From a virus (taxonomy: Duplodnaviria > Caudoviricetes): a stretch of DNA of 64,000 nt. The stretch lies in the IMG/VR virus record IMGVR_UViG_3300017963_000189; one strand, given 5' to 3'. The translations under genes were made by a program, and so were the position numbers. A model generated the notes under the pieces. It ran no database searches and had not been told where the DNA came from. It was given only the letters and a program-made list of their open reading frames with translations. This document shows, one piece after another, positions 1-11,010 of this stretch (the first letter of the stretch is position 1; each line of letters opens with the position of its first letter).

Positions 1-74
1 CCCATTTTATTGTTCTCCTATTATTACATACATTTCTATTCATATATAAATATAAGTAATGAAAATATTTACTT

Positions 75-3000
75 TTATTCTACAGTTATTTTTGACGGCC
101 CTTGATCAGTGGCTTTCAATTTGTTTGGATTAGTAAAGGTAATCTCAACAGGATCTTTTCCATCAATAGTTGTATCTTTTGTATTCAATGTTCCTTTATA
201 CCAAACTTCACTTTGTATTTCTCTATATTGTATCAACCAATTTCCTTGATGTAAATCATACACATAATGATAAGGGCTTATCACTACTTTACCATCCGAA
301 CCAGTATAATATTGTAATCGAGTATATGTTTTTTCGCCATTACTTCCAATAGATTCACTAATATGATCAAATACTTGTCGTTTCGTTTGAAATCTACTCC
401 AATTATAATTAGGATTATCTTGTACCGGCCATACCATATCAACTGTTTGTTGATCATCCCTTTCACCAGGTACAAAAAGTGATCCAGTACCAGCATAAAT
501 ACCAGGACTAAATCCTTGTTGAGCTTGTTTCGAACCTGCTCCGGCTAACGATTCATCAGTAACAACGACCGGTGTTTGTTGAAAATATGTTGATTTTTCA
601 CCCATACCCAAATCTAACTCAGTAACATGAGTCAAATATTCAGATTCAGACATATGAGTCATTTGAAGTGTAGTTTCATAATGAATATAATCATTACTAA
701 ATGTTGGATGTGTCGCCCGATCTAAATTGGCTTGATAATCCTTTCTATCTTCCTCAAGTGGTTGCCATTTGACTTTATACCTCTCAAGTATATGTGGTTC
801 AATCAATGTTCCAACTACTGGCTTAGCACGTGCAGGAATTAATGATTTCAAATGATCAAAAAATGATTGATCGTAATTCTTTATCACTCGTATAAAATCA
901 TTGTGATCCGGTCTACTTGTGTACTTTTCCCAATAAAATTTATTCAATTCATCTAAATCACTATATGTACTTTTAAACTTATCTCTTGGATCACCGATAT
1001 ATCCTAATAAATCTAATCCAGCATATGTTCCAACTATGTCTTTATTTATCGCGTCTTGTGGAGTAAAATATATTCCAAGTTTTGGCGAATCATTTGGTGC
1101 TCTATCAAATTGAGCTTTCTCAACTCTCTTTCCAACACTTAGTTGACCATACGCAATCTCGTTGTCCTCAAGTCGTATTTTGTTGTTGATAAAACGACCA
1201 GCACCAATCAACGGTGTAATAGCAGCATATTCTTCCGTTATTGAATGATAATTTATTTCACTATCGAAATTGTTCGCTGTTCCAGGTAAAACGCCAGGAC
1301 CTGGACTTGAACCTTGATTTGCTTTTATATCAGTTACGGTCGTCGATAACGCATGATTTACAGGATCGTCAAATGAATATCTCAATGTCAAATCCCAATA
1401 TGTTCTTCTTGGATCGTTTGAGTTGTATGACTTCGGCCATCTTACATGATTATTAAAAGTTGATTCCGATAACGCTGTTTGATATAATTTAAATTCTTGT
1501 ACCGATCCAGTGAATTGTTGTCCAAATGTAGCACTACTATCTCCACCAATGTAAAATGTTCCTGCTGATTGATAATCAGAAGTATAATTAATGCTAGCAG
1601 AAGATTCCCAAATAACGTGATCCCCTTCGGCTTTTTTAGTTATAAGTTGAAGTGAATCATTTGACCCACTAACTCTTAACATTACAGTGTTAAACTCACC
1701 ATCATAATATTGATATTCTTCCGTATTAGCACTATTATTAGAACTATCCACGATTTGAAGGCTACCATATTGACTTTTCGAACCTTTGACAAGATTTATA
1801 CCAAAATACCCATTTACATGAAATAATGATTGTGTTAGTTTTGTGTCAGTCGGCGCGGCAGCGAACCTGAACTCAATCGTTTGTGGATATATACTTTGTG
1901 TGTACGCACTCCAAGCACGTGAAACACTTTGACTGCCTTCCATATCTAACGCATATACAAAATCGTCAAATATCCAAGCTGACTTTTGTTCAAAATTTTC
2001 ATAATCTCTTGGATCAGGACCACCGTATTCCCTTATCGTCAATAATGATGTTGGAATACCATAACACGCTAATAACGCCTTGATCGATCTCGACGTTCCT
2101 TTTGTTTTCAACATATAAGGTAAATTATTAAGTATTCTTCTCCATATTTCTTTTGACGCATCTTCGCTACTCATATGTGTTTCATTCGAACCACTTACAC
2201 TAACCGCAGACCCGCTTGAATATGAACTATAACTACCGGTATTAGCAAATCCTAATGTATACTTCCACAACTCAGTATTATCTTGACCACCTTTCATGTC
2301 AAATCCCATTGACTTAGCAACATTATATGTTAAGTCTTTCGCCAGACCCTCATATAACGATTCATCACGATTGGCGACCATCGTAAGATGTCTTACATAT
2401 GTGTACAAAATGTCAAAATGTTGTCCTATCATATACATGAATGTCAAATAATCCTCGTTATCTTCCTCTACACTCAGGTACGCAGGTATGTTGTTTATAA
2501 AACTATGTATGTTGTCACGATCAAATCTCTGAGCAATCGTTAGTTGATCGTTATACCAATCTGTCGCTTGGGATGAAGTCAATGTATATAATTCATATGG
2601 TTCAGTTGTATTTTGTTTCGGCCATTCATGTATTGGATTTGTAAGATATTCGCCACTTAAAAGCGATCCAGAATAAGATGAACCGGATGTGTAATATAAA
2701 TGTTTTTCATATGAATCAAATGTATTTATCGTTTGACGAATCTTTGACCTAAATCCACTAATACTTTGTGACACATATAACGAATCGGCTACACTCGCGG
2801 AATATAGTGTCGTTTTCTTTATATTTTCGTTGTATTCGTCTATAACTTCCATTTTATATTTGAAATTTTTCAATCTTTCTTCGGCTGAACCAAAATGTAT
2901 AAAGTTATAATAACTACTCCAATCAATATTCAATGAAACGTCACCAACATCTGACGCACTAAAATAATGATCTATAAGTTGTTGTGATGTCGAAGCTTCA

Positions 3001-4166
3001 GTAGAAACTAAACTATTCCACGTCTCAAATCCAGTCCCACGACCCGTCATTCCTGCAACTTCTACATCCCAATTCGCTGGACGTAGTAATCTACCTTCCT
3101 CTTGTATATCTTCACTACCAAGTAAGAAAACTTTTTCAATGACTGATGGAGTTATTTGACGTGAAACCCATAATTGATCTTTTACCTTTACTTCTCTTGG
3201 AAGTGGCTCATATAATTTGAATACGATTGAATTTGGCGCTTCAGGATATTTTACATTGTCATTTACCCAATTAGTAACCAAATAATGTTTACCATCACCA
3301 AAATTCAAATAAAAATCACCATTCTTGGCATCAGCATCTTGAAATGTAAATCCATTTACTAATTGAGTCAAATCCTGGAACGCTTGAAGCATCACTTCTT
3401 GTTGATCCCAACCATCACCAAAAACTTCAGTCCAAACACTTTCATGTACACTATTTATTATTTCTTGTTGTTCTTCTCTTGAAAGAATATCTTGTGGATT
3501 GTTTTGATATGCATCTATTGCAGCAGCAACTTTCTCAATCGTTGTATCTCGTAAAGTAATTCTTTGACCACTAACTTGTCTCAATAATTTTCTATCATAT
3601 CCAAAAGCGGAAGCAAATTGGCGAGCCCCAATTCGTTTCATTCTCGCATTGAAACGACGATTGAATTCTTCCTTCCCAACTCCAGGATTAGAAAAATTAA
3701 GAAATTCACTTGCAAATATAGCATCTATTCCGGCAACATCTTTCTTTACCGGTAAAACTCTTATTTCCTTTCTTGATGGTGAAATTTCATCAATGAATAC
3801 TTTCCCACGATCACGTAAACCAACCGTACCACTACCTAACTCGTCACGATAAAAATCATAAACAATACGATATTGACCACGATTAAAACCACTACCTCTT
3901 AAATCGTCGCCAGGACGTAAGATTAATCTCGTTGGCGAAAACTGATCGTATAATTCGTACGGTGGTTCTTTGATTGTCCATAAAATTTGATTATCTTCCA
4001 TGTCATACACAGAAAATTCAATCGTATCTCGACCACTCAAATTATAGTTTTCTTCAAGAAATTTATCAAAAAAGATTAATGTCAAATCCTTTTCAGCTAT
4101 CTTTTCGCCACGAACCCGACCAGTTTGGTTCTTTATTTCTTCATAATTTTTAAAATCTTTGATCAT
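75..4166 (-). CDS. Large virion structural protein (probable baseplate/tail component), 1363 aa
   Basis: Long ORF at the distal end of the baseplate module; no catalytic motif recognised; function inferred from context. Confidence 0.55.
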   Translation of the reverse strand: MIKDFKNYEEIKNQTGRVRGEKIAEKDLTLIFFDKFLEENYNLSGRDTIEFSVYDMEDNQILWTIKEPPYELYDQFSPTRLILRPGDDLRGSGFNRGQYRIVYDFYRDELGSGTVGLRDRGKVFIDEISPSRKEIRVLPVKKDVAGIDAIFASEFLNFSNPGVGKEEFNRRFNARMKRIGARQFASAFGYDRKLLRQVSGQRITLRDTTIEKVAAAIDAYQNNPQDILSREEQQEIINSVHESVWTEVFGDGWDQQEVMLQAFQDLTQLVNGFTFQDADAKNGDFYLNFGDGKHYLVTNWVNDNVKYPEAPNSIVFKLYEPLPREVKVKDQLWVSRQITPSVIEKVFLLGSEDIQEEGRLLRPANWDVEVAGMTGRGTGFETWNSLVSTEASTSQQLIDHYFSASDVGDVSLNIDWSSYYNFIHFGSAEERLKNFKYKMEVIDEYNENIKKTTLYSASVADSLYVSQSISGFRSKIRQTINTFDSYEKHLYYTSGSSYSGSLLSGEYLTNPIHEWPKQNTTEPYELYTLTSSQATDWYNDQLTIAQRFDRDNIHSFINNIPAYLSVEEDNEDYLTFMYMIGQHFDILYTYVRHLTMVANRDESLYEGLAKDLTYNVAKSMGFDMKGGQDNTELWKYTLGFANTGSYSSYSSGSAVSVSGSNETHMSSEDASKEIWRRILNNLPYMLKTKGTSRSIKALLACYGIPTSLLTIREYGGPDPRDYENFEQKSAWIFDDFVYALDMEGSQSVSRAWSAYTQSIYPQTIEFRFAAAPTDTKLTQSLFHVNGYFGINLVKGSKSQYGSLQIVDSSNNSANTEEYQYYDGEFNTVMLRVSGSNDSLQLITKKAEGDHVIWESSASINYTSDYQSAGTFYIGGDSSATFGQQFTGSVQEFKLYQTALSESTFNNHVRWPKSYNSNDPRRTYWDLTLRYSFDDPVNHALSTTVTDIKANQGSSPGPGVLPGTANNFDSEINYHSITEEYAAITPLIGAGRFINNKIRLEDNEIAYGQLSVGKRVEKAQFDRAPNDSPKLGIYFTPQDAINKDIVGTYAGLDLLGYIGDPRDKFKSTYSDLDELNKFYWEKYTSRPDHNDFIRVIKNYDQSFFDHLKSLIPARAKPVVGTLIEPHILERYKVKWQPLEEDRKDYQANLDRATHPTFSNDYIHYETTLQMTHMSESEYLTHVTELDLGMGEKSTYFQQTPVVVTDESLAGAGSKQAQQGFSPGIYAGTGSLFVPGERDDQQTVDMVWPVQDNPNYNWSRFQTKRQVFDHISESIGSNGEKTYTRLQYYTGSDGKVVISPYHYVYDLHQGNWLIQYREIQSEVWYKGTLNTKDTTIDGKDPVEITFTNPNKLKATDQGPSKITVE

Positions 4167-4178
4167 TATTAATTCCCA

Positions 4179-5435
4179 TTAAAGTCTGTTTCGATTTCCG
4201 TCGCCTTCCGATTGTTCACTATATCCATTATATGAAAGTATTAATTGTTTAATATCATCCGGTATTGTAAAAGTTACAACATTTCCCGATCTACCACTAA
4301 CATTATCTTGTTTCTTCCAAGTATTATTATCAGTAACTGTATACCAATGACCTAAACTTATCACTCCATCCGTACCCTCAACATCTATCATTGATACTCT
4401 CAACGTTTGTCCTGGAATTACATTTATATCAAATGGATTGTTAACAGGAGCTCCGCTTTGATCTACTACATTCCCTTCACTATCCGACAATCTCCAAGTA
4501 AATCTTCCCTCAACATCGTCTCTCGCCCCAACAAGTTGTCCACTAATAAGTTCTATCATTTGAAAAGTCAATCTATCAGTCGTTACAACTGGTGGCGCTT
4601 CATCTTTATACGCGACCGCAAAAGTGAATTTATTTTCATCACCTTGATTTGCTTCACGTTCATCCGTAAGATTCATTGAAATGATATTTTTTTGACCACC
4701 ATATGCTATATAATCTTGTGTATTTCCTAAATTCTCTGAATCAAAATACCATCCTTGAAAATATTCCGGATTAGCAATTCCACTTGTAAATCTTGCTGTT
4801 ATTTGTCCGGTCTCATTATTTCTTGATATTTCATAGTTAATTCTTTGAGAAGGCACATTAAGTTGATTAGGCTCTATTCGTTGAGTGTCCGTATTCCATA
4901 TAGCAGTTTGAACATTTATTGTAAAACCTTCAACCTCTAATGTATATGGAGCTAATCTATCTCCACTTAACAAGACTTCAGTTCCGGTTGGAGACGTTCC
5001 ATCTCCATCTCCGTCGCCCGTTCCATCACCATCAGAAACAACTTCCTGAACGATTATGTCGGCTTCAGCTTCTGCAAGAAGTCGTCTCATTCTTTCTATT
5101 TCTTCTCTCAATTCATCAGCAGTTTTCGTCTTTGGTGACTTGAATAACTCATTTATCTCCGTATCAAACACCTTTTGTATTTCGCCGTCATTATAATCTC
5201 GTCTCTCAACCATTACTGACATATATTGGTTTACAAGTTGTTTATTACTACCAAGATTATTCGGATCTTCATGTAATAAAATGTTACCCATATCATCACG
5301 TTCAGTAGAAATTAAACCACCTGATACCGTAAGTGCGTTTAAGGTTTTCGCCCTTAACTCTTGTTCAGTTAAAGCTTTCCCCTCAGCACCAATAGAATCT
5401 TGTTGACGTTTTGCTTCTTTTGTTGGTTGTGCCAT
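4179..5435 (-). CDS. Hypothetical virion-associated protein, 418 aa
   Basis: ORF in structural operon; acidic, GDG repeat linker, beta-rich C-terminus. Confidence 0.45.
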   Translation of the reverse strand: MAQPTKEAKRQQDSIGAEGKALTEQELRAKTLNALTVSGGLISTERDDMGNILLHEDPNNLGSNKQLVNQYMSVMVERRDYNDGEIQKVFDTEINELFKSPKTKTADELREEIERMRRLLAEAEADIIVQEVVSDGDGTGDGDGDGTSPTGTEVLLSGDRLAPYTLEVEGFTINVQTAIWNTDTQRIEPNQLNVPSQRINYEISRNNETGQITARFTSGIANPEYFQGWYFDSENLGNTQDYIAYGGQKNIISMNLTDEREANQGDENKFTFAVAYKDEAPPVVTTDRLTFQMIELISGQLVGARDDVEGRFTWRLSDSEGNVVDQSGAPVNNPFDINVIPGQTLRVSMIDVEGTDGVISLGHWYTVTDNNTWKKQDNVSGRSGNVVTFTIPDDIKQLILSYNGYSEQSEGDGNRNRL

Positions 5436-5441
5436 ACCTTA

Positions 5442-7103
5442 TTACCTTATTACTCTAAATGTATAATTTTTGTCATATACAGTTTCTATATTTCCTTTTA
5501 CTACTTTAAATAATATTCTATACAATCTTTCTGGCTCAAGTCCATTCAAGAATAAATCAAAATAACTTCCAGTCGCATCCACAGAAATTTGAGTATATGT
5601 TGACCACGGCATAACTTCGTCCTCACTCCACGCGTCACGTATAGCATAATAAGACGAAGATAAGAAATAAGTGTCTCGTGTGTACGCCCAACTTTGTGTT
5701 ACAAATGTCTTTCTTGGATAACGTTCTCTAGCATTTACTCTAAACTTTATCTTAGAATCTTGTACATATTCATCTTGTAAATTGTCAAGATAAATAACGA
5801 AATCCTCTCCAGGTACAACATCCATTAGTTGTGTTGTCGTTGTTGATTGTGATATTGAACTCGATAAACTTGAACTTGTCCACGTATATGATGTCGTTAC
5901 CGCATCAAAACTTTGACTTGTATAATATCCCGCTACAGGATTATACGTCCACATAGCATCACTGGATGTTAATGAAGCTGAACTAAAATATACACTCGCA
6001 CTTTCAAACTCCGATCCAAGACTTGCTGTATAAAAATTAACAATAGTAAAACTCGATGTCAAACTACTACTAATCCATGTATTACTTTGACTTATACTTT
6101 CACTTATACTTGAACTTGTATATGTATCAAATGAAGCGGTTGTAAATGTATAATCTAAACTTGAACTACGATATAAACCAAGGCTGCTCGTGTAAGAATA
6201 AATAGATTGTGTCACCCACGAATAACTTTCACTATACCATGTGTTCGCATCATCACTTTGAGTAAAATATCCACTTCCAGTTCCTACCCCACTTCCAGTA
6301 AAAAAACTTGAAGTATTATAATATATTATAGGATTTGTTGTTTCATTCGTCACCGTTGCAGAACTCGACACACTTTGACTTATACTTGACGTTGTATATG
6401 GCGACCAAGCATAATCTTTCCAAACCACTTCTAATCTTGGACGATAAATTGTGTGTGTTTCTTTTGAAAAGAATTGAAGATTTCCTTGATTCAAAATACT
6501 TTGTTCAGCAGCATTATCTCTCTTTATCAAAAATCCATAATTATCTATTGACCCACTCAACCAACCTTCAACAATATTTGTTACATCAACGTGTAAATCC
6601 GTTGTTTGATAATTAAATGATTGTGATGCTTCATATTTTGTTGGATTTGCTAACGTTCCACTAAAATATGCTCCACCAGGACCACCAGCCGAACCGGACG
6701 ACCACGCACTACCAGTCACACCAGATATAGTTACACCATCACGAAGATTCCAACTTACACCGGTTGTTGTAATCGGGCTATCAGCTCTCTTACCATTACC
6801 CATTTGCCAGGATTGTGATACCGGATAAACATATACACTATATGTTACAGGAATTTCTACAGCTTCATCAGTGTAAAGATTCAAGTAGTATTTCATATCA
6901 CTACCACTTGTTTCGCCGGACGCTAACGAGGCAGAAAAGTCGTCCAAATCAAATTGTACCAAAATACGTGAATTGAATGGAGCGTCACCGAGCGCGTGTA
7001 CAAGTTGTTTCTCTAACTCCAATATTTGATCCATTCCAGTATTTTGATGTATACTGTCCTCATAAATCGTGGCGTCTTTCGAAGGAAAGATAAAATAATG
7101 CAT
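5442..7103 (-). CDS. Virion protein (DNRLRE/CBM-like beta domain) with long Ser/Thr-rich insert
   Basis: N-terminal FPSKDATIYE...NTG...ILEL and central FFSKETHTIYRPRLEVVW resemble DNRLRE-type domains; central S/T-rich low-complexity block. Confidence 0.5.
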   Translation of the reverse strand: MHYFIFPSKDATIYEDSIHQNTGMDQILELEKQLVHALGDAPFNSRILVQFDLDDFSASLASGETSGSDMKYYLNLYTDEAVEIPVTYSVYVYPVSQSWQMGNGKRADSPITTTGVSWNLRDGVTISGVTGSAWSSGSAGGPGGAYFSGTLANPTKYEASQSFNYQTTDLHVDVTNIVEGWLSGSIDNYGFLIKRDNAAEQSILNQGNLQFFSKETHTIYRPRLEVVWKDYAWSPYTTSSISQSVSSSATVTNETTNPIIYYNTSSFFTGSGVGTGSGYFTQSDDANTWYSESYSWVTQSIYSYTSSLGLYRSSSLDYTFTTASFDTYTSSSISESISQSNTWISSSLTSSFTIVNFYTASLGSEFESASVYFSSASLTSSDAMWTYNPVAGYYTSQSFDAVTTSYTWTSSSLSSSISQSTTTTQLMDVVPGEDFVIYLDNLQDEYVQDSKIKFRVNARERYPRKTFVTQSWAYTRDTYFLSSSYYAIRDAWSEDEVMPWSTYTQISVDATGSYFDLFLNGLEPERLYRILFKVVKGNIETVYDKNYTFRVIR

Positions 7104-7603
7104 TATTTATTCTCCAAATATTTTTCAACAGCGTCTTTAACAACCTCTGTCCATTGTTTTAAGCTTGAAGTTCCCAATTTGAGATTCCAACCTTTATCTT
7201 TAGCAAGTTTGTCAATCTCTTTTTTATACCCTTTTTTATCAGTATCACCGTATGTAGAAAGAGCATCCTCTTTAAATTTATCGATTTCTCTTTTAGCAAA
7301 AATAGGATAATCATAGTTTAAATCTTTATATGAACCGGGCACCGCTCCACGATCATCTTTTGAAAGTTGAAACCAAGGCACTCCAGTCGAATAAATATGT
7401 CTAAGCCATACATACCCACCCGGTACTTTGATTGAATATAATTGTCCACGACCATGATATTTAATTGAATCACTACCCAATTCTTTCGCCACTATTTTGG
7501 CTACGTGTTTACCATATTTTCTCATTATCCAACGGCTAACATGAGTGTCTACATAATCTTTCATTGGTGCCGTACCTTCTACTAAACTTGTTAATTTTAT
7601 CAT
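7103..7603 (-). CDS. Hypothetical protein, possible head-packaged protein (N-terminus MIKLTSLVE)
   Basis: ORF track; N-terminal motif shared with other small genes in the module. Confidence 0.45.
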   Translation of the reverse strand: MIKLTSLVEGTAPMKDYVDTHVSRWIMRKYGKHVAKIVAKELGSDSIKYHGRGQLYSIKVPGGYVWLRHIYSTGVPWFQLSKDDRGAVPGSYKDLNYDYPIFAKREIDKFKEDALSTYGDTDKKGYKKEIDKLAKDKGWNLKLGTSSLKQWTEVVKDAVEKYLENK

Positions 7604-9504
7604 TATAATGCTCTCCCCTCAATGTCCGTATTTGGATATTTTAATTCAAATATACTTGGATCAAGACTTGGATATATGATTCCATCTTTTGTTGCTTCTT
7701 CAATATTATACACATTTCCAGAATATCCTTCAGATGATTTCCATTTATTTTCTACTTCAGCGCTCACAACAGCTTGAACACCTTCAACCTTAAATAGTTC
7801 AGTTTGAATATCTGCAATAATAATAGGTTGATTAAACTGCCATTTTTCAACATCAAAAAAGGCTTTGATTCTATCAATACACCTTAATAATACTTCTCGT
7901 TTATTGAAATTTTTAAAGGCGACAATCGAAAATTTTACACCAACATTTATTACAAATCCATCTTTTATATTGATCGCATCAGTTAATATTCTATATTGTC
8001 CAAGATAAACTTTCAAGTTTTCTTTTATCGCATCATTCAACGATGTAAGTTTTTTATCCTTATCAAATCCTAATAAATACATATTCAATGCTAATGGATT
8101 CGGTACTCGTGTCCTATCTATTCCCTCTACTTGAGCGGTGTCAGGTGATTCACTTAGTTGATCATCTTGTATTATATAGGCTTTCGCCACTCGTCCAAAT
8201 CGGGCGGGCATTGAGTACGCCCGTGTGATGTAATCCTCTTTCGTTACTGCTCTCAACTGAGTTGGAAAATTCGCTAACGCGTTTTGTCGTATTTCCTCTA
8301 CACTCTCTCCATCACGACCACCTGTCGCTGCGTCAGGATTGTTACACGCAATCGAGTTTTTAACTTGTGCTAATGTAGATGAATCTAATACATCGTCGTC
8401 GATTGTAAATGTCGCGTCTTTTATTTCAGTTAAATCGTCTTGATTTACATTTGATGTTATTCCACCACCAACTACATATCTCACGGTTATCGTCGTGTCC
8501 GTTGGAGCTTGACCATACGTTTTCGTGTGTAAAAAGTTTGCTGGATCAATAGGTGTGTCAGTAAATGTTACTGATCCAAATAAAGTTGATCCTACATTTG
8601 TTGGATTTGGTATAAGTAATTCATCAGGATTATCAGATACACCCGCACCAAATTGTATTTCCGTCTTTTTATCTCCACGTATTCTTGATGTAAATCTACG
8701 AGCAGATTTCTTGAGTTTCAATAAGTAAGGAGCTGTATCATTATATTGTGCCAAATCTTTATCAAACGCTTCCACGTTACGAAGTTCAGTGTAAACGGTG
8801 TCCTGAGCAAGAAATGGTACGTGATACCATGTATTACCATCCGCGTCAGTAGCATCCAAAATTTGTACCACGTTCGTTTCTGAGACCACTTTTTTCTCAA
8901 ATCGTTTTGGATCACTAAAAGAAAAGTCGGCAGTCAAAATTTCTCCGGCAGCGGCTTGAGTTGATTTTTTCAATACAAAAAATGTTGGATTTCCTTGATC
9001 GTCCGTTTCCCAAACTGTAGCAGTTGTTGGATCATCACTTGACGAGTGAGCAAAATTTACATCCTCTAATGTCCTAAATACTACACTTGAATCCGCTTTA
9101 CTTGCGATCTGCATTCCTGAATTTACGATTAAGGCGTATCTCCAATCAGGAACTACATTTGCACCACTTCCCAACGCTGGTACAATATGATACACATCAA
9201 CATTAGTTGTACCAGGTACAGATAATGCAGGTGTATATCCAAGTGTTTGAGCAAGAGCATAAATGTTTTGCTCTTCTTCGGCGTACAATAATAAACTTTC
9301 TTTCAATGAGTTATCGATATAATAACTTAGTGAGTCGCCAACGTAAGACGCCATTTCAATAAACATCATTCCTACACTCGTCTCATTGAAGTTTTTATAC
9401 ACCGTAGGAAAATACACTTTGGCGAAATTTATTAGATTAGTCCTATAATCATTGAAATCTCGACCAAGATAACGTACTTCCTTTACTATGTTTTCATTCG
9501 CCAT
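7603..9504 (-). CDS. Baseplate wedge protein (T4 gp6/baseplate J-like)
   Basis: RDFNDYRTNLINFAKVYFP...FNETSVGMMFIEMASYVGDSLSYYID, GGRDGESVEEIRQNA...RAVTKEDY; adjacent to gp25-like gene. Confidence 0.85.
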   Translation of the reverse strand: MANENIVKEVRYLGRDFNDYRTNLINFAKVYFPTVYKNFNETSVGMMFIEMASYVGDSLSYYIDNSLKESLLLYAEEEQNIYALAQTLGYTPALSVPGTTNVDVYHIVPALGSGANVVPDWRYALIVNSGMQIASKADSSVVFRTLEDVNFAHSSSDDPTTATVWETDDQGNPTFFVLKKSTQAAAGEILTADFSFSDPKRFEKKVVSETNVVQILDATDADGNTWYHVPFLAQDTVYTELRNVEAFDKDLAQYNDTAPYLLKLKKSARRFTSRIRGDKKTEIQFGAGVSDNPDELLIPNPTNVGSTLFGSVTFTDTPIDPANFLHTKTYGQAPTDTTITVRYVVGGGITSNVNQDDLTEIKDATFTIDDDVLDSSTLAQVKNSIACNNPDAATGGRDGESVEEIRQNALANFPTQLRAVTKEDYITRAYSMPARFGRVAKAYIIQDDQLSESPDTAQVEGIDRTRVPNPLALNMYLLGFDKDKKLTSLNDAIKENLKVYLGQYRILTDAINIKDGFVINVGVKFSIVAFKNFNKREVLLRCIDRIKAFFDVEKWQFNQPIIIADIQTELFKVEGVQAVVSAEVENKWKSSEGYSGNVYNIEEATKDGIIYPSLDPSIFELKYPNTDIEGRAL

Positions 9505-9517
9505 CTATTTTCTCCAA

Positions 9518-9790
9518 TTATCCTCGCATTTTTGATAATTTTAATAAAGTTTTCATTTCATCTTTAGTAACATTGACAGGTTTATTTGTATTCCTTACCA
9601 TTTCGTTACCAACACATCTATAAATTAATTCTTTCTCTTTATCAGATAATTTATTGAGTAAAGTTTTCTTTATTGTAATACTTTTTCCTGTCGGGCTTGT
9701 AATTTTAACATAAGATGATTCTAAACTTCGCATCCAACTTGAATTATCACACTTTACGGTTACTTCCAAAAGATTTTTTAACTTTACCAT
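9518..9790 (-). CDS. Hypothetical protein (N-terminus MVKLKNLLE)
   Basis: ORF with GGAG RBS; inserted between gp25-like and gp6-like genes. Confidence 0.5.
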   Translation of the reverse strand: MVKLKNLLEVTVKCDNSSWMRSLESSYVKITSPTGKSITIKKTLLNKLSDKEKELIYRCVGNEMVRNTNKPVNVTKDEMKTLLKLSKMRG

Positions 9791-9802
9791 CTATTTTCTC
9801 CA

Positions 9803-10189
9803 TTACACTACAAAAGTAATTACTATTTCATCATGTTCTTTTATATTCCTCTTTAATCCAAATGCGATCCTAACGTCAATCTTGTTTTGATCCATGTTCG
9901 TCGGGCCAGCGTCTACGGTGACCTCGGTTAACTCAACATAAGGCAACCACGTCTCTACCGCAGTTGTTATCTCATTTTGTATCTTACTCGATAAATCACC
10001 CGTCATTTGATCAAATAAATAATTGTATATGTTTGTCCCGAGTTCAGGGTGCATCATTCTCTCGCCTTTTCTCGTCAAAAGAAGATTGATCATGTTTGAC
10101 TTCGCTTCCTCTATCGAAGAAAACGTTTGATCAAAAAATCCAGTATTACCCATTCTAATAGGAACTTTTACTCCTATCGGTTCTGCCAT
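9803..10189 (-). CDS. Baseplate protein, gp25/GPW-like
   Basis: NMINLLLTRKGERMMHPELGTNIYNYLFD...ITTAVETWLPYV is typical of the gp25 family. Confidence 0.9.
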   Translation of the reverse strand: MAEPIGVKVPIRMGNTGFFDQTFSSIEEAKSNMINLLLTRKGERMMHPELGTNIYNYLFDQMTGDLSSKIQNEITTAVETWLPYVELTEVTVDAGPTNMDQNKIDVRIAFGLKRNIKEHDEIVITFVV

Positions 10190-10200
10190 TTATCTTCCCC

Positions 10201-11010
10201 TTATACAGGTCTATTTACTTTTTGTTCCGTCTTTTTCATCAATCCACGATAATCTTTCATCATGTTTTGAACTAAATCCATTGGAACTTTTGAATAATTT
10301 ATTGGTTGTCCATCAGGATTTTGTGTTGGAAGTTCTACTTCAGTTAATGGTTCACTTGAAGCTGGAATCGGGTCTTCCGCAATAATCCTTTTCGCTGTAC
10401 TCTTTGGTTTTATTTCCATTCCAGGTATACCCTCTCCACCACCTATTTTTTCCATGTCGCCATATCCCATCTTAGCAGCCATAGCTTCTTTTGATGGAGG
10501 CGGCTTTGACGATGGTACATAATCTTCCGTTGGTTGTACATTCTCAACGACAGGTTGTCCTGAAGCTAAATTAACCTTCACTTGATCACTACCACCGGTG
10601 GCAGCCATCTTGTGCGGATTCGAATATATACCCTCTCGATTTGTTACTTCCTTCGCCGTTTGATTCAATACGTTGGCGAAAGGATTCTTTTCGTCCTCAA
10701 ATGGTTTCTTCCCAGCAAAAATCTTCTCGTTTACTCCAGCTCTTACTGGATCACTCTCTTTATCTTCGTCAATTAAATTCATTAATGATGTCTCGGATGA
10801 AACTTCCTCAGTCATCATTTTTCTCGGTTTCGCTTCCGTTTTTGGAGCGGATTCCGCTTCACTCAAAATCTTGTGAAACTCTTTTCGTATCGTTGTCTCA
10901 ATTAAAGGTTTCATTTCCTTTATCGCAGCTTTCACTGAGACATTGATTAACTTTTGTAAATCTTGTTTTGTCATATCTAACTCCTTACTTTTTACCCGTA
11001 ACCAACCCAC
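10201..11010 (-). CDS. Hypothetical protein (start probably at internal MTKQDLQKLI)
   Basis: ORF in baseplate operon. Confidence 0.5.
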   Translation of the reverse strand: MGWLRVKSKELDMTKQDLQKLINVSVKAAIKEMKPLIETTIRKEFHKILSEAESAPKTEAKPRKMMTEEVSSETSLMNLIDEDKESDPVRAGVNEKIFAGKKPFEDEKNPFANVLNQTAKEVTNREGIYSNPHKMAATGGSDQVKVNLASGQPVVENVQPTEDYVPSSKPPPSKEAMAAKMGYGDMEKIGGGEGIPGMEIKPKSTAKRIIAEDPIPASSEPLTEVELPTQNPDGQPINYSKVPMDLVQNMMKDYRGLMKKTEQKVNRPV

